Part shown: positions 50,376 to 62,504 of the stretch, one piece after another
Position numbering within the stretch: the stretch's first letter is position 1
Layout: every line of letters begins with the position of its first letter
NCBI GenBank assembly: GCA_963796285.1
Contig: CAWCKW010000003.1
Coordinates: forward strand, 290,128 to 354,127
DNA from: Nitrospirota bacterium
GTDB taxonomy: Bacteria > Nitrospirota > UBA9217
DNA: 64,000 bases
Direction of reading: 5' to 3'
Notes under the pieces: generated by a model
The model's database searches: none
Seen by the model: the letters and a program-made list of their open reading frames with translations, nothing else
Told to the model about the DNA's origin: nothing
Position numbers and translations under genes: made by a program

Positions 50376-51354
50376 TGATGCTGTGTGAAGCGAAATGCTG
50401 AAACCGTCCTCGATCCGTGCGTGGCGCCCTGGCATCACAAAAGCCGATTGATGGTAATTGCTGAGTCGAATCAAGAATGAGACACTGACTGATTTATAAC
50501 CTGCACCTGTATTGAGAGACCAGGCATTTCGAATTATTGTGATTAGCAGCTTGACATGTAGCCGCATGATACTCTTTTAAAAAATTTTGCCGGTGATCTG
50601 CATCACAATTAAGATAAAAAATCGCAGAGGTCCAAGGGAAAACTGCTGATTCTTATTATTAGTGTTTGTATGAATTGTATATCCGTAGAAGAACCGTATT
50701 GTCACGAGCAGATATCGGCGTATGGAAATTATATCTCCACTGATAGTCGGCAAACTGATCCGTTTGTACTGAGGATTCGCAAGGTAACTATAAGCGACAA
50801 CTCCCCTCACATAGACTTGCCAAGATCATGATGGGTATGCTACACTGTGAAGAATCGTGATATTCATTCTCGGCAATCATCAGTGAGGGGACCACAATAA
50901 CCACGGGGCTCCTGGGGAAGATTGTTTTTCTCATGATGGAATAGTTGAAAAAAACTGCTGCCGGGAACGGCAATGAGACTACCGCCCCTGATTCCCGTGC
51001 GTTGCTCAGCAACATCCGGCAACGATACAATAGTACGATCGGGGACGGGTCATCTGTGCACCGGCGACTTTGAAGGATCATAACTTTGTTCCGAAGCGTC
51101 CAGCTGCAATTGTCGGGTAATCTTGTTTTAAGAGATGGTTATTGCCGGTATTAGATATCGCATCCAACATGCAACTGAAAGCACGAACAGGCCCGAAGCT
51201 AAAAGGTCCTACGCGCGGCGTTCTTGAGTCGAGACAACCTTTCGGAGCGTTCGATTAGAATACGCTCGAAAAGATCAAAAAATGGCCTGACAAAATCCTG
51301 AAACGGAAAACACGCATTTCGAGTGAGGCGAGTTGAAAAAGGAGATAGAACAAA

Positions 51355-51573
51355 ATGAAGGTGGCCCTCTTTGCAGTAAGCAATAATCTCTGTGACGAAT
51401 GCTCGCTCGCGCTGCGGCGTTTCGTCGGCAACATCGACGGTGTTGAGTCCATCGAAGTGGAGCGAGGAAAGATCGCCGTCAAGTTCGATGAAACCGCTAT
51501 CGACGAAGAAAAACTGACGAAAATCACGAAGGACAGCATAGAAAAATTGGGATATCGAATCGAAGAAGAGTGA
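51355..51573 (+). CDS. Heavy-metal-associated (CopZ-like) domain protein
   Basis: 72 aa with CDEC, GV..I.V and LGY. AAGGAG SD. Confidence 0.85.
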   Translation: MKVALFAVSNNLCDECSLALRRFVGNIDGVESIEVERGKIAVKFDETAIDEEKLTKITKDSIEKLGYRIEEE

Positions 51574-51764
51574 GAATGCATTTTAACAGAAGAACGGTGG
51601 ATGTGCTTAAAGAAAAACTTGATTTATTCGTTATGCCTTCCATCGTGCCGGAGCCTGCCCTCGGCTGATCTACTCGGGGTTGCCTTCGTGTGAACAATTG
51701 ACCTCTTAAGAGATTTTCGAGTTTAAGAGACTATAGTAAGTTGAACACTGCTGTAGGACTAAAC

Positions 51765-52559
51765 ATGATTCCATATCCTTCAATAGAACCCGAGATTGTG
51801 CACATTGGCCCTCTTGCCATCAGATGGTATGGCGTCATGTACCTGTTCGGATTTGCCGCGTCCTACTTTCTCGTAAAAAAACAAATTATAAAACGGGGCC
51901 TACCGCTCAGCAGCGATTTCCTCGAGTCCCTCTATACCTACATCATTCTCGGCCTCGTGATCGGCGCGCGGCTGGGCTATGTGCTCTTCTACGACCTGTC
52001 TGCTTATCTTACCCATCCTCTTGAGATCTTCGCTGTGTGGCACGGAGGGATGTCCTTCCACGGCGGTCTCATTGGGAGCGTGGTTTGCGGGGTATGGTAT
52101 TGCAAGCGGTCACATGCTGACGCCTGGCGGGTCGCAGACCTCGTTAGTGCTACTGCACCGATCGGCCTCGGCCTGGGCAGGCTTGGGAACTTCATCAATG
52201 GCGAGCTCTACGGACGAGTCACGGACATGCCATGGGGCATGATCTTTCCAAATGGCGGATTGCTTCCACGTCACCCATCACAGCTCTATGAGTTCTTCCT
52301 CGAAGGTGTTGTCCTCTTCGCCGTTTTGTGGATCATGAAAGACCGGGTTAACAGAAGCGGCATTCTCCTCTCACTTTTCATCATGCTCTATGGAATGATC
52401 AGGTTTCTCGTCGAGTTCTTCAGGGAACCTGATTCACAGCTCGGCTTTGTTCTCGGCCACTTCACCATGGGCCAAGTCCTGAGCGCCTGCATGGTGCTGG
52501 GAGGCGTGGTCTTGTACTCTGTGCGTCGAAAAGAACGCGCATCAAGTACGGGTATTTGA
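51765..52559 (+). CDS. lgt: Prolipoprotein diacylglyceryl transferase
   Basis: IRWYG, GGMSFHGG, GRLGNFINGELYG, HPSQLYE, EFFREPD. Confidence 0.97.
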   Translation: MIPYPSIEPEIVHIGPLAIRWYGVMYLFGFAASYFLVKKQIIKRGLPLSSDFLESLYTYIILGLVIGARLGYVLFYDLSAYLTHPLEIFAVWHGGMSFHGGLIGSVVCGVWYCKRSHADAWRVADLVSATAPIGLGLGRLGNFINGELYGRVTDMPWGMIFPNGGLLPRHPSQLYEFFLEGVVLFAVLWIMKDRVNRSGILLSLFIMLYGMIRFLVEFFREPDSQLGFVLGHFTMGQVLSACMVLGGVVLYSVRRKERASSTGI

Positions 52560-53019
52560 AAACCATCCGCACCTGTCAGGTCATATACGAAATCCGATAT
52601 TGGAAGAATGCAAATGATATACCTTGTTTTGATACTTGGCCGCCTCGATGGTAAGTCAGCATTTCCCGATATGGAGGATTTGCTTGGGCAAAACTGCGGC
52701 ACTGACGAAGATCCCCTGGAGGAAAATATCTCGGCATAGTCCCGGGGCTCCGGGTACTGCAGGCGAAATAATAAGCCATCGTGAGGAAAAGACACAGCCG
52801 TCAACCTGACGCTCCTTGAAGCGCGGCGAAGTGCCTGGCTGATACGGTGGTACTTTCAGGCACCCGGTGAAGATCATGTTCTGGGCCCCCATTGCCGCGC
52901 TTCTCGTGGCTTTAGCGGCTCTCGCCGTGGCACTGCAGGAATGACGGTTGTGAGGCCGCATTAAGGAGTCTGTTTACGGTCGGTTTTATGTGATATAATT
53001 TAATAAAAGGGAGTGAGAA

Positions 53020-53430
53020 ATGAACTATATGCTTCTGAACATCGGCGCTGTCGTCTTTATCGCATTTGCCGTCGTTTCTATCGCCTATCAGATAAATAAC
53101 TATCGCGCTGCAGAGGCGTTGCGGCAGTTCATTCGGCAGTCCTCGGGTGAAATGCAGAACGTTCTTGCTGAGCTCAGGGTCACGCTCGAGAATTTCAGAA
53201 GGATTACCGACAATGTTAACGTGGTAACGGAAGACGTGCGGGAGATCGCGAACTCGGTTGCCGATCTTCAGCGTGATATAAAAACACTGTATAGTTTCAT
53301 CAGGGAAACCTTGGGAGGCACTGTGAAAGCGGACATAGCGGGCCTGAAGGCAGGTGTCAAAATCGGAATGGCGACCCTGGTGAAAAACCTCAGAGAAGAA
53401 AGGAGTGATCATGATGAAAGAAAGACTTGA
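53020..53430 (+). CDS. DUF948 (YtxG-like) membrane-anchored coiled-coil protein
   Basis: N-terminal TM plus heptads, adjacent to a YtxH gene. Confidence 0.75.
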   Translation: MNYMLLNIGAVVFIAFAVVSIAYQINNYRAAEALRQFIRQSSGEMQNVLAELRVTLENFRRITDNVNVVTEDVREIANSVADLQRDIKTLYSFIRETLGGTVKADIAGLKAGVKIGMATLVKNLREERSDHDERKT

Positions 53431-53695
53431 AATAAAAGAACGGTCCGTGTTCGTCCCCTTTATTTTGGGTGGACTGGTCGGAGCGGGGATAGCACTTTTG
53501 CTTGCTCCGAAATCTGGCAAGGATGTCAGGAAGGACATTGAGGACCTTGCCGAGAACACAAGGGAAACAATAACCTCGACCATGCACAGGGGCAAGGAGC
53601 TGATTGAGGAGGGGAGAATAGCCGTTTCCAGCGCTATTGACGCAGGAAAAGCCGCATATGTGCACGAAAAGGAGCAGCATCTTAAGGCAGTATGA
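53411..53695 (+). CDS. YtxH domain protein
   Basis: FILGGLVGAGIALLLAPKSGKDVR. Confidence 0.9.
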   Translation: MMKERLEIKERSVFVPFILGGLVGAGIALLLAPKSGKDVRKDIEDLAENTRETITSTMHRGKELIEEGRIAVSSAIDAGKAAYVHEKEQHLKAV

Positions 53696-54463
53696 GGCTT
53701 TCGGTCAGGGTGCCCACGGATCGGCTATGCGTGAGCACCCTTTTCATTGCGGGGAGGAACATAACATATAAATAAAAACACTTACAATTGATCGTTTCAG
53801 CAGGTCTTATAGTCGTAGTCGGCATTCTTTATATGAGAGTGCAGATGAGAGACATAGAAACCGTTATTTTCGGCTTCATTGCGGCGATCCTCCTGATGAT
53901 GAACGAAGTAGGATTCTCCCCCGTTAGTACCCCTCGGCAATTCAACGATAAGGATACAATAAACGCTGTATTGGACTACACATTGCGGGATTCATTGTTA
54001 TTCCACCGGTCAGACATTTTGCCGCTGATACCCTGCACTACTTCAGCGCTTTTCTGAAAACCTAAAGAGTGGGTTCTAACATATTAACGAAGGATGATCT
54101 CCATCCGTTCTAGAATGACTATTTTTCACGCGTTCATTTAGCCGGTCTGTTCACGACCTCTGCACCCTGTTTGTCGTTTTCTGCTTGCCCCATCCGTTTC
54201 TATCCTATATATGAATATCCACACAACGATCTTTCGAGGTAAATGATCAGGATGCAATGACCACGGGTACTGAATGTTCATTTGCGTCGGAGTACTTTGG
54301 TGGGACGATCACGTGCGCTTTGCATAAAGAGTACCAAATCAGTCCTGTAATTGTCCTTGACATCGCTGTCGATCGAGCTATAGTTAAATTAGAAAGAGGA
54401 TGCATATAGTCCCGTTAAGTGGTTGACTGTTGCTGATAGTAAGTTTCACAAAGGAGGTATATT

Positions 54464-54790
54464 ATGGCAACCGCAAAAGAAATAAAAGAGAAGGTCTATT
54501 TTGAGGAGGTCTACAACGTACTTGACGGATTCAAAATGAGACTCTACCTGCTGCGAGAGGAACTTGCAAAGACTTACGGTAGGGAAAGCAGAGTGTTTAT
54601 GGATCATGACCGTCATCTGCTCGAGATGGTGGAGTATGTAGATTGGCAGATCCAGGTGCTTGAGAAGGGTACGTCGTTCGACTGGAAGACCGCGAAAGGG
54701 AACAGGGAGGGGATTGAGAGCGATGTTTCAGTATTGCCAGCCGAAGCCGTGACAGGCTCGGAAATCTCCGGCGGGTATTTGGGCGGGTAA
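54464..54790 (+). CDS. Hypothetical helical protein ending SGGYLGG
   Basis: Strong AAGGAGGT SD and a downstream terminator at 54818-54852. Confidence 0.8.
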   Translation: MATAKEIKEKVYFEEVYNVLDGFKMRLYLLREELAKTYGRESRVFMDHDRHLLEMVEYVDWQIQVLEKGTSFDWKTAKGNREGIESDVSVLPAEAVTGSEISGGYLGG

Positions 54791-55281
54791 CTGGATAAGC
54801 ACGAAAGGGAGAATTTGAGGCCGGCGGGAGTATTTTCGCCGGCCTTTGTTTTGATCAAAACGGAGGGGGGTTGTTTGAAGACCAATATACTCATAACGGA
54901 AGCCATCGGAAATACCGGATTGCCCGCAGTCGTTCGTTTTATTGTTCAGAGTAAGCACCGCACAAATATGAGTTCATGGCTTTAAATCAGTGTGTACATT
55001 TTATATCGGAACGGCTTCAACTCTTTGCTCGACAGTTGGCCTTGAGCGTCTTTTGCCTCAATTGATTCGCGTAAGTACGTGAATGTTCCATCCCTGCTCT
55101 CGGGCATACCTTCGTCTTTGATGGTCAAGAGTAGTGTGAACAGCCCTATTCCGGCACCAATGATATCCCGAGAGCAAAGTACCCTGCAATGATGATCACA
55201 AGGAGGTACCTGGCAATAAATAACTTTTTTATTTCTTTTTTTGCGGTCATACCCATGGGCACCGTGATTTCCGCGTACGCT

Positions 55282-55791
55282 CTATCCTCCCGTTTGTTTA
55301 GTTTTCTTTATCGGCTTGTTTACTTCCGGGGAAAGGATGAGCTGAGGAGGTATCCCTTGCGCGCCAAGGAGCACAACGAGCTGGTCCAGCCCCTCCGCGA
55401 TATTCTTGAGCCTTTTTATCGGCAGCTTTTTAAGACCGGCGACGAGAAGACCTTGAGCCACTTCAGGCGCTTTCTTTACAAGGGCCTCTCCCTTCAAAGT
55501 CAGCTCCACCCGCACCACGCGACGATCTTCCATCGAGCGCACCCGCGTGACAAAATCCTGTTTTTGGAGGCGGTCCAATATGCCCACAACGGTCGCGGGA
55601 TGCAGATACATCTGCCGTGCTATCTCAGACACCATGATCGGCGCGCCCTGCGAGATGGTCTTGATCGCCCAAAGCTGCGGACCGGTGAGACCCGTCTCCC
55701 GCTCAGCCTTCTTCGACTGCCCATTGACGACCTGGAAAACCCGCCGCAAATTATCGATGATCGCTGATACCGTGTCCGGATTGGTGGGCAT
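55282..55791 (-). CDS. MarR-family transcriptional regulator
   Basis: GLTGPQLWA, HPATVVGILDRL, DRRVVRVELT. Confidence 0.92.
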   Translation of the reverse strand: MPTNPDTVSAIIDNLRRVFQVVNGQSKKAERETGLTGPQLWAIKTISQGAPIMVSEIARQMYLHPATVVGILDRLQKQDFVTRVRSMEDRRVVRVELTLKGEALVKKAPEVAQGLLVAGLKKLPIKRLKNIAEGLDQLVVLLGAQGIPPQLILSPEVNKPIKKTKQTGG

Positions 55792-56124
55792 GACGTCTCC
55801 TTATAAATAGCTTGACAAAAAAACTCGTTCGTGGTAAACAGTTTGTACGCAAATGATTTTAACACAAACTATAAATGCGTGCAAGCGAAATCAGCGCTGC
55901 CTCGTCCCTTCTGCAGAAAAGAGGGTCCCTGTAATAATCATGCGAACAATATCCTCTCTATTTCATAAAAAAGTAACTATCCGTGGTGGAATGCCGATGC
56001 GTTCATGATGATATCGCGTCTCCGCGCTGGCGGGTAGATGCTTCCGTGCCAGACAGGCCGTACTCGTTCAATACGGATAAAGAATAGACCGGAACAACTA
56101 ATTATACTAAAAGGAGGTTTTGCT

Positions 56125-56688
56125 ATGAAGAAGCATGTTCAGTTGTATCTCTTGGCAATAATGGCACTGGGATTGCTGGTACTCTGGGGGTGTCCGAAGA
56201 AGACCCAAATGACGACTACTCAGGAAACGCAGACGGAAAAAGTGACCGCCCCCTCGACCCCGTCAGCAGCGAACGATTATGACAGCAGGTCTGCGGCGGC
56301 AGCAGCTGAAGGACGCGGTGAAGGGTACGGAGAGCGGGCATTGGCCGCTGGGGGTGGCCTTCAGTCGGTTTATTTCGATTATGACAGATCCTCCATCCGT
56401 GCTGATGCCGGAGCGACCATGAAAGCGATTGCTGATTGGCTGAAGGCACACCCTGCCGCAAAGATACGGATCGAGGGGAACTGTGACGAACGGGGAGCAA
56501 AGGAGTACAACGTGGCGCTTGGCCAGCGGCGCGCCGCAACTGCGAAGAAGTATCTCACTGACCTGGGCATTGCCTCCGGCAGGATATCGCTGCTCAGCTA
56601 TGGCAAGGAAAAGCCTGTCTGCACTGCTGGCAGCGAGGCGTGTTGGCAGAAAAACAGGAGAGATGATTTTATTGTCGTAAGCCCGTAG
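56125..56688 (+). CDS. pal: Peptidoglycan-associated lipoprotein
   Basis: Lipobox LWGC. VYFDYD, IEGNCDERG..YN..LGQRRA, SYGKEKP, NRR. Confidence 0.93.
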   Translation: MKKHVQLYLLAIMALGLLVLWGCPKKTQMTTTQETQTEKVTAPSTPSAANDYDSRSAAAAAEGRGEGYGERALAAGGGLQSVYFDYDRSSIRADAGATMKAIADWLKAHPAAKIRIEGNCDERGAKEYNVALGQRRAATAKKYLTDLGIASGRISLLSYGKEKPVCTAGSEACWQKNRRDDFIVVSP

Positions 56689-56984
56689 TGGGTGACGCCG
56701 GGGCGCCTTGTCCAACGAACCGCACCTCCGGACCCGATAGAGTCGCCCTGCCGGGGTACTGGCGCGCGGTGAAAGAAATCGTATTTTCATCATGTGTCGT
56801 CAGGTTCTTTTAATGGTTGCGTCGCGATGCCTCGCGGGCCATGCTCCGGGTGACCCCGTTCCCGCATATTGCAGCGTAGGATCCGTTCGAGGTACCGTAA
56901 GAATCCAGCGTCTTGCGGTGCCTTCCTTTTTTGTATGGTATAATAACATCACGCACCCGAATATCATTTCACACGGAGGACACG

Positions 56985-57323
56985 ATGAGCTATTTTGAAA
57001 GCATCAACTGGGAAACGATCAAGAAGGACCTGCAAAAGGGCCTGGATAAAGGCATGGTGGCCGTAAAAAAAGGGGCGATCGTAGCACAAAAGAAAGCCGG
57101 AGAGCTGAGCGATGAAGGAAAACGGCAATATAAGCTTTTTGCGCTCAAGACAAAGGTCCACCAGGGGTTCTCCGACCTCGGTGCCCGCGTATACGCACTC
57201 ATGGGCACCAGAACAAAAAACCCCTCACTTGATGCAAACGTAAGGGACATCGTCTCCCAACTGAAAAAGCTCGAGATGCAGATCGCAGCCCTCGAAACAG
57301 TAAAAAAAACCACGCGTCAGTAA
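56985..57323 (+). CDS. Hypothetical helical protein
   Basis: GGAGG SD before ATG 56985 and amphipathic helices. Confidence 0.75.
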   Translation: MSYFESINWETIKKDLQKGLDKGMVAVKKGAIVAQKKAGELSDEGKRQYKLFALKTKVHQGFSDLGARVYALMGTRTKNPSLDANVRDIVSQLKKLEMQIAALETVKKTTRQ

Positions 57324-57623
57324 AAAAGCAGTCAAACGATAAATCCGCCGCGCATCGCGACAATGACCATACCCGTTTTATGTTCCGGGCGCGCTGGTCT
57401 CGAGAAGTGACCAAGGCACCCGACCTTTTCATGGGCATTGCCGGGCGTTCTCTGCAGGTCGAAGCGGTCGAAATACACTGACTCTCATGAACACCCGCCT
57501 GATAACCGCTGCGCCAGCGACCGCGTCATGACCCGACCATACCCACCTGATACGTACGGCGCAGTCGCCTGGCAACGGGATTTTCTTGATCATGGCGTTC
57601 ACGGGCAAGCGAAAGGAGGCTGC

Positions 57624-57875
57624 ATGATTACGCTCGTTATTGTGATTATCGCGGTATCCGTAATGGTCCTCTTTTCAGTTCAGAACGCGGCGCCGGTTGT
57701 CGTCTCCTTTCTGTCGTGGAAATTTGGGGCATCTCTCGCCGTAATCATTGTTCTTTCCGTGCTCATCGGCATCCTTATTGGAGGGACAGCGGTTTCTTTC
57801 TGTAGGCTCAAGCGATCGATCAAAAACAAAAAGGCCATGTCACGAGCGACAATGGAAAATAAACAACATCCATGA
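57624..57875 (+). CDS. LapA/DUF1049 family membrane protein
   Basis: AAGGAGG SD. FSVQN..V.V.FL.W motif with two TMs. Confidence 0.85.
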   Translation: MITLVIVIIAVSVMVLFSVQNAAPVVVSFLSWKFGASLAVIIVLSVLIGILIGGTAVSFCRLKRSIKNKKAMSRATMENKQHP

Positions 57876-57914
57876 AAAACGGTATCCGCAGCGAACACTT
57901 CACCGGGAGGCACC

Positions 57915-58983
57915 ATGGATACTTTGGGACAACAAATAATCATCCCCATCATCATCGTCATGGGGTCCGCAGCGGTTTTGCTGATCATCCGCGCAGTACT
58001 CTTCCGCATTCTCCACCAGTGGGCGAAGCGGACAGAGACGCAATTCGATGACATCATCATCTCCTCGATCAAGAACCCATCCCTGCTCCTTGCCGTGGCG
58101 ATCGGCATCCATCTCGGATTGTCCTTCTCGGACATTCCCGCGAAGCACCTTAGCTATTTAAGCAAGATCATCCATATTATCATTATTCTGTCAGTGACTC
58201 TCGCTTCAGCGAATATGGCAGGCCGGCTGTTCAAGAATTACATCCAGAAGTCCAACCTCCCGATCCCTACGACGGGCCTCGCATACGGCATATTCAAGGG
58301 GACGATCTTGATGATCGGGTTCCTGATCATCTTGAGCGTTCTCGGTATTTCCATTGCCCCCCTCCTCACGGCCCTCGGTGTCGGCGGCCTTGCCGTGGCC
58401 CTGGCGCTCCAGGACACCCTGGCGAACCTTTTCGCCGGCATCCACATCCTCATGGAACGATCCATCCGGGTCGGTGATTTCGTCAAGCTCGAGACAGGGC
58501 AGGAAGGCTACATTGACGACATTACATGGCGAACGACCCGGGTCCGCATGCTTCCGAACAACATCGTCGTGGTCCCGAACAACAAGCTTGCCCAGAGCGT
58601 GGTCACGAACTATTATCTTCCGGAAAAGCAGATGTCGCTCCTGATATCGATCGGGGTGAGCTACTCCTCTGATCCGGAACAGGTGGAGCGGATCCTCGTC
58701 GAGGAGGCCAAAAAAGGCGCCCTGGATATCCCGGGACTCCTGGCGGAACCGGAGCCGTTTGTGCGTTTTATTCCCGGCTTCGGTGACAAGCTCGCTGGAC
58801 TTTACCCTCATCTGCCAGGTCAAGGAATTTGTGGACCAGTACCTTGCCCAGCATGAGCTTAGGAAAAGGATCTTTAAGCGGTTCAAAGAAGAAGGCATCG
58901 AGATCCCCTTCCCGCACCGGACCGTGTACCTGAGGGAGGAAAAGGAATGGAACAAGACCATGAGGAATCATGGTTCTTCATAG
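57915..58983 (+). CDS. mscS: Small-conductance mechanosensitive channel, 1-nt frameshift near 58788
   Basis: LGVGGLAVALALQDTLAN and VPNN. Removing one A from GAC-A-AGC restores FGDSSLDF..EIPFPHRTV. Confidence 0.85.
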
Positions 58984-59063
58984 GTTCACCTCGGCCGTGA
59001 TCGGTGGTAACGTTTTTGCTGTTTATTTATCAATTCCTGTTCCTTACAAAGGTGGGAGACACT

Positions 59064-61040
59064 ATGGCAAAAAAGAAAGAGACAAAGAAAGAAGCAATGC
59101 CGACGGCCAAACGACGTGCAGACGTCATCCCCGGCATGAGCCTCTTGACGGACCACGACATCTACCTGTTCAAGGAAGGGAACCACTTCAGCCTCTATGA
59201 CAAGCTCGGGGCCCATCCCCTGGTCCGCGATAACGTGAAGGGCACGCACTTCGCGGTCTGGGCGCCCGAAGCGGAACGGGTGTCGGTCATTGGAGAGTTC
59301 AACGATTGGGACAAGGACCGGCATCTCTTGAGCGTGCGCTGGGACGGGTCGGGCATCTGGGAGGGGTTCATCCCGGGGATTGAAGCGGGGGCAGTCTACA
59401 AATATCACGTCGTCTCGCGCCATGCGGGCTACCGCGCCGACAAAGGCGATCCGTTTGCCTTCCGCTGGGAGGCTCCTCCAAGAACAGCTTCCATTGTCTG
59501 CGACCTTGCGTATCAGTGGGAAGACAAGGAGTGGATGAAGGACCGGCACCGCGCAAATGATCTGAACGCCCCCTTATCGGTCTACGAAGTGCACCTGGGC
59601 TCGTGGAGGCGGTCCGTGGAGCGGAACAACGGCTTTCTCACCTACCGGGAAATGGCGGAATCTCTCGCGGACTACGTAAAGGAAATGGGCTTTACCCACG
59701 TGCAGTTCATGCCGGTGACGGAGCACCCTTTCTACGGGTCCTGGGGGTACCAGACCACGGGCTATTTCGCCCCATCGGGCCGGTACGGAAGTCCTCAGGA
59801 CTTCATGTATCTCGTGGACCGTTTGCATCAGAACGGGATCGGCGTGATCCTCGACTGGGTGCCGTCGCACTTTCCGAGCGACGAACACGGTCTTGCCTAT
59901 TTTGACGGGACCCACCTCTATGAGCACGCGGACCCGCAAAAGGGTTTTCATCCGGACTGGAAGAGCTACATTTTTAATTACGGCAGGCACGAGGTGCGCG
60001 CCTTCCTGGTGAGCAGCGCCCTGTTCTGGCTTGAAAAATACCATATTGACGGCATCAGGATCGATGCCGTCGCGTCCATGCTCTACCTCGACTACTCGCG
60101 CAAGGAGGGCGAGTGGAGCCCCAACCAGTTCGGCGGCAGCGAGAACCTCGAGGCCATCACCTTCCTCCGGCGGCTGAATGAAGAGGTCTATCGCAGGAAC
60201 CCCGACGTCCAGACCATTGCCGAGGAATCCACGGCCTGGCCCATGGTCTCGCGGCCAGTGTATGTGGGAGGACTCGGCTTCGGGCTGAAGTGGAACATGG
60301 GCTGGATGCACGACACGCTCGCGTATTTTTCGCTTGATCCCGTGTTCCGGAAATACCACCATAATCAGCTGACCTTCAGCATCTGGTACGCCTTTTTCGA
60401 GAACTTCATGCTCTCACTGTCCCACGATGAAGTGGTGCACGGCAAGGGCTCCCTCATGAACAAGATGCCCGGCGATGACTGGCAGAAGTTCGCTAACATG
60501 CGGCTTCTCCTCGGCTATATGTTTACCCACCCGGGCAAAAAGCTCCTGTTCATGGGTGCGGAGTTCGGCCAGTGGAACGAGTGGGACCATGAGAAGAGCC
60601 TTGATTGGCACTTGCTGCAGTATCCTCCTCACCAGGCGCTCCAGACCTGGATGAAACACCTGAACATCCTGTATCGCCACGAGCCCGCGCTCAATGAACT
60701 TGACTTCGTGAACGCAGGTTTCGAGTGGGACGACGTCAGCGATTGGGAACAGAGCATCGTGAGCTATTTCCGAAAAGGGAAAGCTCCCGAAGAGGTGATC
60801 CTCGTGGTCTGCAATTTCACGCCAATGCCGCGCCAAAACTACCGAGTCGGGGTACCGACTGGCGGCTTCTGGCGCGAGGTCCTGAACAGCGATGCGCGTG
60901 AGTACGGCGGGAGCGGGCAGGGCAATATGGGCGGGGTCGAGGCAACGCCCGTGTCCATGCACGGGAAATATCATTCCCTCTCGATCACCGTGCCTCCTCT
61001 GGGCATAGTCATCTTTAAAAAAGAAGGAAAAAAAGTGTGA
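59064..61040 (+). CDS. glgB: 1,4-alpha-glucan branching enzyme
   Basis: [40 protein letters not shown]. Confidence 0.97.
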   Translation: MAKKKETKKEAMPTAKRRADVIPGMSLLTDHDIYLFKEGNHFSLYDKLGAHPLVRDNVKGTHFAVWAPEAERVSVIGEFNDWDKDRHLLSVRWDGSGIWEGFIPGIEAGAVYKYHVVSRHAGYRADKGDPFAFRWEAPPRTASIVCDLAYQWEDKEWMKDRHRANDLNAPLSVYEVHLGSWRRSVERNNGFLTYREMAESLADYVKEMGFTHVQFMPVTEHPFYGSWGYQTTGYFAPSGRYGSPQDFMYLVDRLHQNGIGVILDWVPSHFPSDEHGLAYFDGTHLYEHADPQKGFHPDWKSYIFNYGRHEVRAFLVSSALFWLEKYHIDGIRIDAVASMLYLDYSRKEGEWSPNQFGGSENLEAITFLRRLNEEVYRRNPDVQTIAEESTAWPMVSRPVYVGGLGFGLKWNMGWMHDTLAYFSLDPVFRKYHHNQLTFSIWYAFFENFMLSLSHDEVVHGKGSLMNKMPGDDWQKFANMRLLLGYMFTHPGKKLLFMGAEFGQWNEWDHEKSLDWHLLQYPPHQALQTWMKHLNILYRHEPALNELDFVNAGFEWDDVSDWEQSIVSYFRKGKAPEEVILVVCNFTPMPRQNYRVGVPTGGFWREVLNSDAREYGGSGQGNMGGVEATPVSMHGKYHSLSITVPPLGIVIFKKEGKKV

Positions 61041-61176
61041 GGTCCGGAGCGTGGTATATCGGGGACGGTATGCAGAGCACGCGGAGTTTTAAAAAGTGTA
61101 TTCTTTCTCTGCGTCTCTGCTTGTGCCCGCGTAATCGCAAGAGCAGGGTACGAGAAATTTTATTCCCATTTTGCAT

Positions 61177-62504
61177 CATAAGTGTCCCAACGTTACAGCA
61201 ATAGATTCAATTGGTTATCACCATCAATGTTGTCATTTTCGTAATTCGGTGAAGAAAGAACCTGCAAAATGGGCGTTTTCTCGAACTGGGTCACACTTAA
61301 AATCTGTAGAATTGTGTAAAGGCTCCGATCCAGCTTCAATTGTTTCTTGACAATGGCCACGAGAACATATACAGAAATGGCGATCCATATTTGGGTCTTC
61401 ACAGCGTTCTCACTGGTACCATAAAACGCTTTGATCCGCAGGTGCTGCTTGATCCATTTGAAGAACAGTTCCACCTGCCAGCGACATTTGTAAAGATTCG
61501 CGATCACGATTGACGGTAGGATAAAATTGTTCGTCAAAAAGACAAACCGCTTCTTGGTATCTACGTCGTAGTAACGGATTCGCCTGAGCTTCTCGGGATA
61601 GTCTATCAACGTATAGAAGCCCGTAACCATAATGATCTGGTCTGACCGTACACCGGTCGATTTGTCCACTGGTTGAGAGTAGAGACGTTTGAAAACAAAA
61701 TTGCTCTTCGCGCGAGTTACGAAGAACGCAAGAGATTGATGAATCCGATAGAGCCGGGAGAAATCGATATAAGCCCTGTCGAAAATATAGATCGCCCCGG
61801 CTTCGAAGATGAGATCGTCGAGCGCGCTGACATCGTCTATTTTTCCACTGGTAATGCTGATCACAACGGGGATGTTGCCCCGGAGATCCAATAGCGTATG
61901 AAGCTTCACCGCAGCTTTGGTTTTGCGGAACTTGGCCCAGGGAAATACCGAAAGACAGAGATCGATGGTTGTTGAGTCGAAAGCGTAGACGGTATTCTTC
62001 AACTCCAGGCCAAAGGTTTCGTTTGCGTACAACTCCCTGGCGATTTTGATCAGCACTTGTGCGAAGTCGGCATAGATTCGCCAGTCGCGGTTCTCGTTTG
62101 CATGTGCCAGCGTATTTCGTGAGATGTTTCCCCTGATGCCCATGTGGTACAGTTTTGGTTTTGCCACACGAAGACAAGCTTCGATGTCCCTCAGACTTTC
62201 TCGATAAGTAAGTTGCGCGAAGGCCATGCAAAGGAACTGATCCAGACAGGTGAACGTAATCACCTTGAAGTTTCCGTTGTACCGAGAAACACACTGCTGA
62301 AATTGAAACGATGGGGCGAAATCCATGATTTGAGAAAAAACCGTTCTGCCGATATTCATGATAGACGATCTCCTTCCGCAGGGCTGCGGAATTATCGCCT
62401 ATTGGCAGAAAATATTTCAAATCGAAAAGTTGTATTTGAGAAGAATAGTTCATGTTTTTCTATGTGTTAATCGATGTTCCAAGTTCATCCTTGGGACACT
62501 TATG
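61177..62504 (-). mobile_element. IS4-family insertion sequence, 1328 bp
   Basis: Perfect 14-bp terminal IR CATAAGTGTCCCAA / TTGGGACACTTATG. 9-bp target duplication ATTTTGCAT at 61168-61176 and 62505-62513. Confidence 0.95.
61193..62359 (-). CDS. IS4-family DDE transposase (DUF4372 N-domain)
   Basis: FAQLTYRESLRDIE, DSTTI, FDRAY, YKCRWQVELFFKWIKQ (YREK motif). Confidence 0.95.
   Translation of the reverse strand: MNIGRTVFSQIMDFAPSFQFQQCVSRYNGNFKVITFTCLDQFLCMAFAQLTYRESLRDIEACLRVAKPKLYHMGIRGNISRNTLAHANENRDWRIYADFAQVLIKIARELYANETFGLELKNTVYAFDSTTIDLCLSVFPWAKFRKTKAAVKLHTLLDLRGNIPVVISITSGKIDDVSALDDLIFEAGAIYIFDRAYIDFSRLYRIHQSLAFFVTRAKSNFVFKRLYSQPVDKSTGVRSDQIIMVTGFYTLIDYPEKLRRIRYYDVDTKKRFVFLTNNFILPSIVIANLYKCRWQVELFFKWIKQHLRIKAFYGTSENAVKTQIWIAISVYVLVAIVKKQLKLDRSLYTILQILSVTQFEKTPILQVLSSPNYENDNIDGDNQLNLLL

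Noticed and set aside
50400-51300. Short ORFs in the long intergenic stretches (also 47880-48560, 52570-52960 and 53790-54400)
   Set aside because: I recognised no coherent coding signal or known RNA motif. They may be remnants, and BLASTx would be needed to tell.
61410-62453. 347-aa alternate-frame ORF inside the IS
   Set aside because: It overlaps the transposase on the same strand and has no recognisable motifs, so it is probably a shadow ORF.
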